From contig CM120640.1 of NCBI GenBank assembly GCA_051362555.1, positions 44,928,788-44,992,787 of the forward strand: DNA of 64,000 bases, in the 5' to 3' direction. The position numbers and the translations under genes were made by a program. Positions 60,521 through 64,000 of this stretch are shown here, in pieces. Source of the stretch: Lingula anatina (Eukaryota; Animalia; Brachiopoda). Under the pieces are notes generated by a model. The model did not search any database and was not told the DNA's origin. It saw nothing but the letters and a program-made list of their open reading frames with translations. How positions within the stretch are numbered: position 1 is the first letter of the stretch; each line of letters opens with the position of its first letter.

Positions 60521-61424
60521 AGGATTAATAACGTTCTATAAAAGGTGTGAAAATGACCGATTCTTACTCTAACTATGAAAAATAATATTCTTTGTTAATT
60601 CTTACAAAATTAAGTTGGATCTGCCTTGTGGTAAATAGAGTGTGATTGTGGTTAAGTGAGGCCTACATCGAAATGCATTAGATGTGCAAAAAGCATAGTG
60701 CGTCGCACTTGTAGCAGCACTTTAAATGTTCTTAACTTCTAAAGCTAGTTTGACACTTCTGATATAATATTTGGATCACGAGTGGATAAATAGTTTATTT
60801 AATGCTTAATTTACTGTCGGTAGGGTGTATTAGGGTGTATTTTCCCTGTATTTTTTATATTCAGTGAAAAGCAAACTCAAAAACAATTTTAAACTGCTCA
60901 TACAGAAGATTTTTCACAACTTGTAGGAGATAAATCAAAGAACAAAACCAGTAAAACGTTTCACAGCTGGACACTTTGCATTTGTAATAGTAACGTATGT
61001 TCCTTTTTGTTGGCTAAGAAATGAAAATATATTTTTCATTATTCGTAGTTCCAGGAGAAAATTTTTATGCCAAACTGCACGAGCTTTTTTAATGGACATC
61101 TATATAATTGCTTGGTTGCAAGTCATCTTTACGGTGTTGCAGACATCCAGCTTGTTTTGGTGAATCCTGCGTGATTGTAGTTTTAATGCTGCATTAGTAT
61201 GGATAAAAGGTTTTCTCAAGTTAAAAGCCTATAGGAGTCACCCGGTAAATGAGTTCATCCACCCAAGAAATTTACATGTTAGCCTGCTACTAACTACATG
61301 TAATCTATATGTATTATTTTGATATCTAAAATGCCGTTTAACTGATTTGATTAGCATATTAAACGCAATTTTGCCAGCAAAATAGCAGCAAATTCGATTC
61401 ACAGCACACAAAAACACCACGCTT

Positions 61425-61512
61425 TTATGATTGGCTAATATGGAGGTGTGTCCTGTCGCGTGATCCAATCACGTCACGGTAAAATCTGGGTCAAGGCATA
61501 TGCGACGTCAAC
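61425..61512 (+). promoter_or_regulatory. HPD proximal promoter
   Basis: ATTGG (61430-61434), CCAATCACGTCA (61465-61476) and CGACGTCA immediately before aacATG. Confidence 0.55.
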
Positions 61513-63113
<1,601 letters not shown>

Positions 63114-64000
63114 TGAATGAAAATGTAAATGAGGGTAAAGATAATAATGATAATTCACAAAATAAAAATTGAAAATTTAAGTGGACAGTTGTTTAAGTTA
63201 GTGCTAAAAATTTGACATTAAGCTATTAGTGATGCAAAACGAGGTAGAGACGTGCATGTTGTGACAGCATCTTTCATCTTAATTAGGCAGGTGTTTTTAA
63301 ATTACTTGTTTCTTAAACATTTTTATTTCATCAGAGGGTGGGGGGAGGGGATAAAAAAGAAGTCCAAAATAATATATATTTATCACTTTTAAGTCAGTGT
63401 TAAATCCAAGTTGAACTTTCTAAAATCAAATCTCAAAATGATAAAAACAGTGATTCTTATTATTAAATGAAGTGTTTTATTTGTCAAGAATACATGACAT
63501 TCTTCATGCAAACAAATCAAACCAAAAAATATTTCTGAAAAAACAGTATGACCTATATTCGAATATTGATTTTATTAATTAAAGTGGTTTCTTTCATGCA
63601 AATTTTACCTGAGCATTGAATCTGAGCAAATCACAATGACATTTTATTTTACAAACAGCAACTCAGCTTTTCTTAAAATAGAAACGATTTGTTTTTTAAA
63701 AAACAATTATAATAGTGAGTTTACATTTTAAAACTCTGTAGTTCACATTACCAGTATTATTTTAACCAGCCATCAGACAGTTAAAAATTCTTGTATTGTC
63801 TGTACATAGACCACTGCATGATTTTCTCCTGCTTGTTGCCTTCCATTTCACTTTTACATGTTAAAATATCACCAAAGTGATGATTGGTTTTAAGTGAATT
63901 TCATTTTGTTTTCATGTTTATTATATTCCCATCTGACCATATGGATCTCTTGGATTTGGCCTTTGACCTTTATTTCAAGGTCAAACAGGCCAAAATTATC

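Noticed and set aside
63930-64000. tgacctt/aaggtcaa motif at the window end
   Set aside because: Resembles a common invertebrate interspersed-repeat word but is truncated by the window edge and cannot be delimited.

Overview
This is AT-rich, intron-rich animal genomic DNA, probably from a marine invertebrate; the species cannot be fixed from the sequence. Four loci can be reconstructed by hand from GT-AG boundaries and reading-frame phase. (1) The last coding exon and 3'UTR of synergin gamma (SYNRG, + strand, 182-412). (2) A ~2.6 kb tandem duplication of a 6-exon gene I cannot assign to any family (- strand): one intact copy (5003-7053, 332 aa) and one frameshifted pseudogene copy (1901-3767), sharing a ~130 bp identical stretch over the start codon and promoter with a perfect CRE. 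(3) A complete RIM-binding protein gene (RIMBP2/TSPOAP1 family, - strand, CDS 58439 to 9629; 33 reconstructed coding exons, ~2340 aa). Its architecture is coiled coil, SH3, 3xFN3, low-complexity region, SH3, SH3, and it has several candidate internal start exons and microexons. (4) The first four exons of HPD (4-hydroxyphenylpyruvate dioxygenase, + strand from 61513), head-to-head with RIMBP. The introns hold a ~1.8 kb Helentron-type non-autonomous element with both ends recognisable, several MITEs and microsatellites. I saw no prokaryotic features, CRISPR arrays, rRNA or tRNA. Family assignments rest on my recall of the human proteins, not on database searches.
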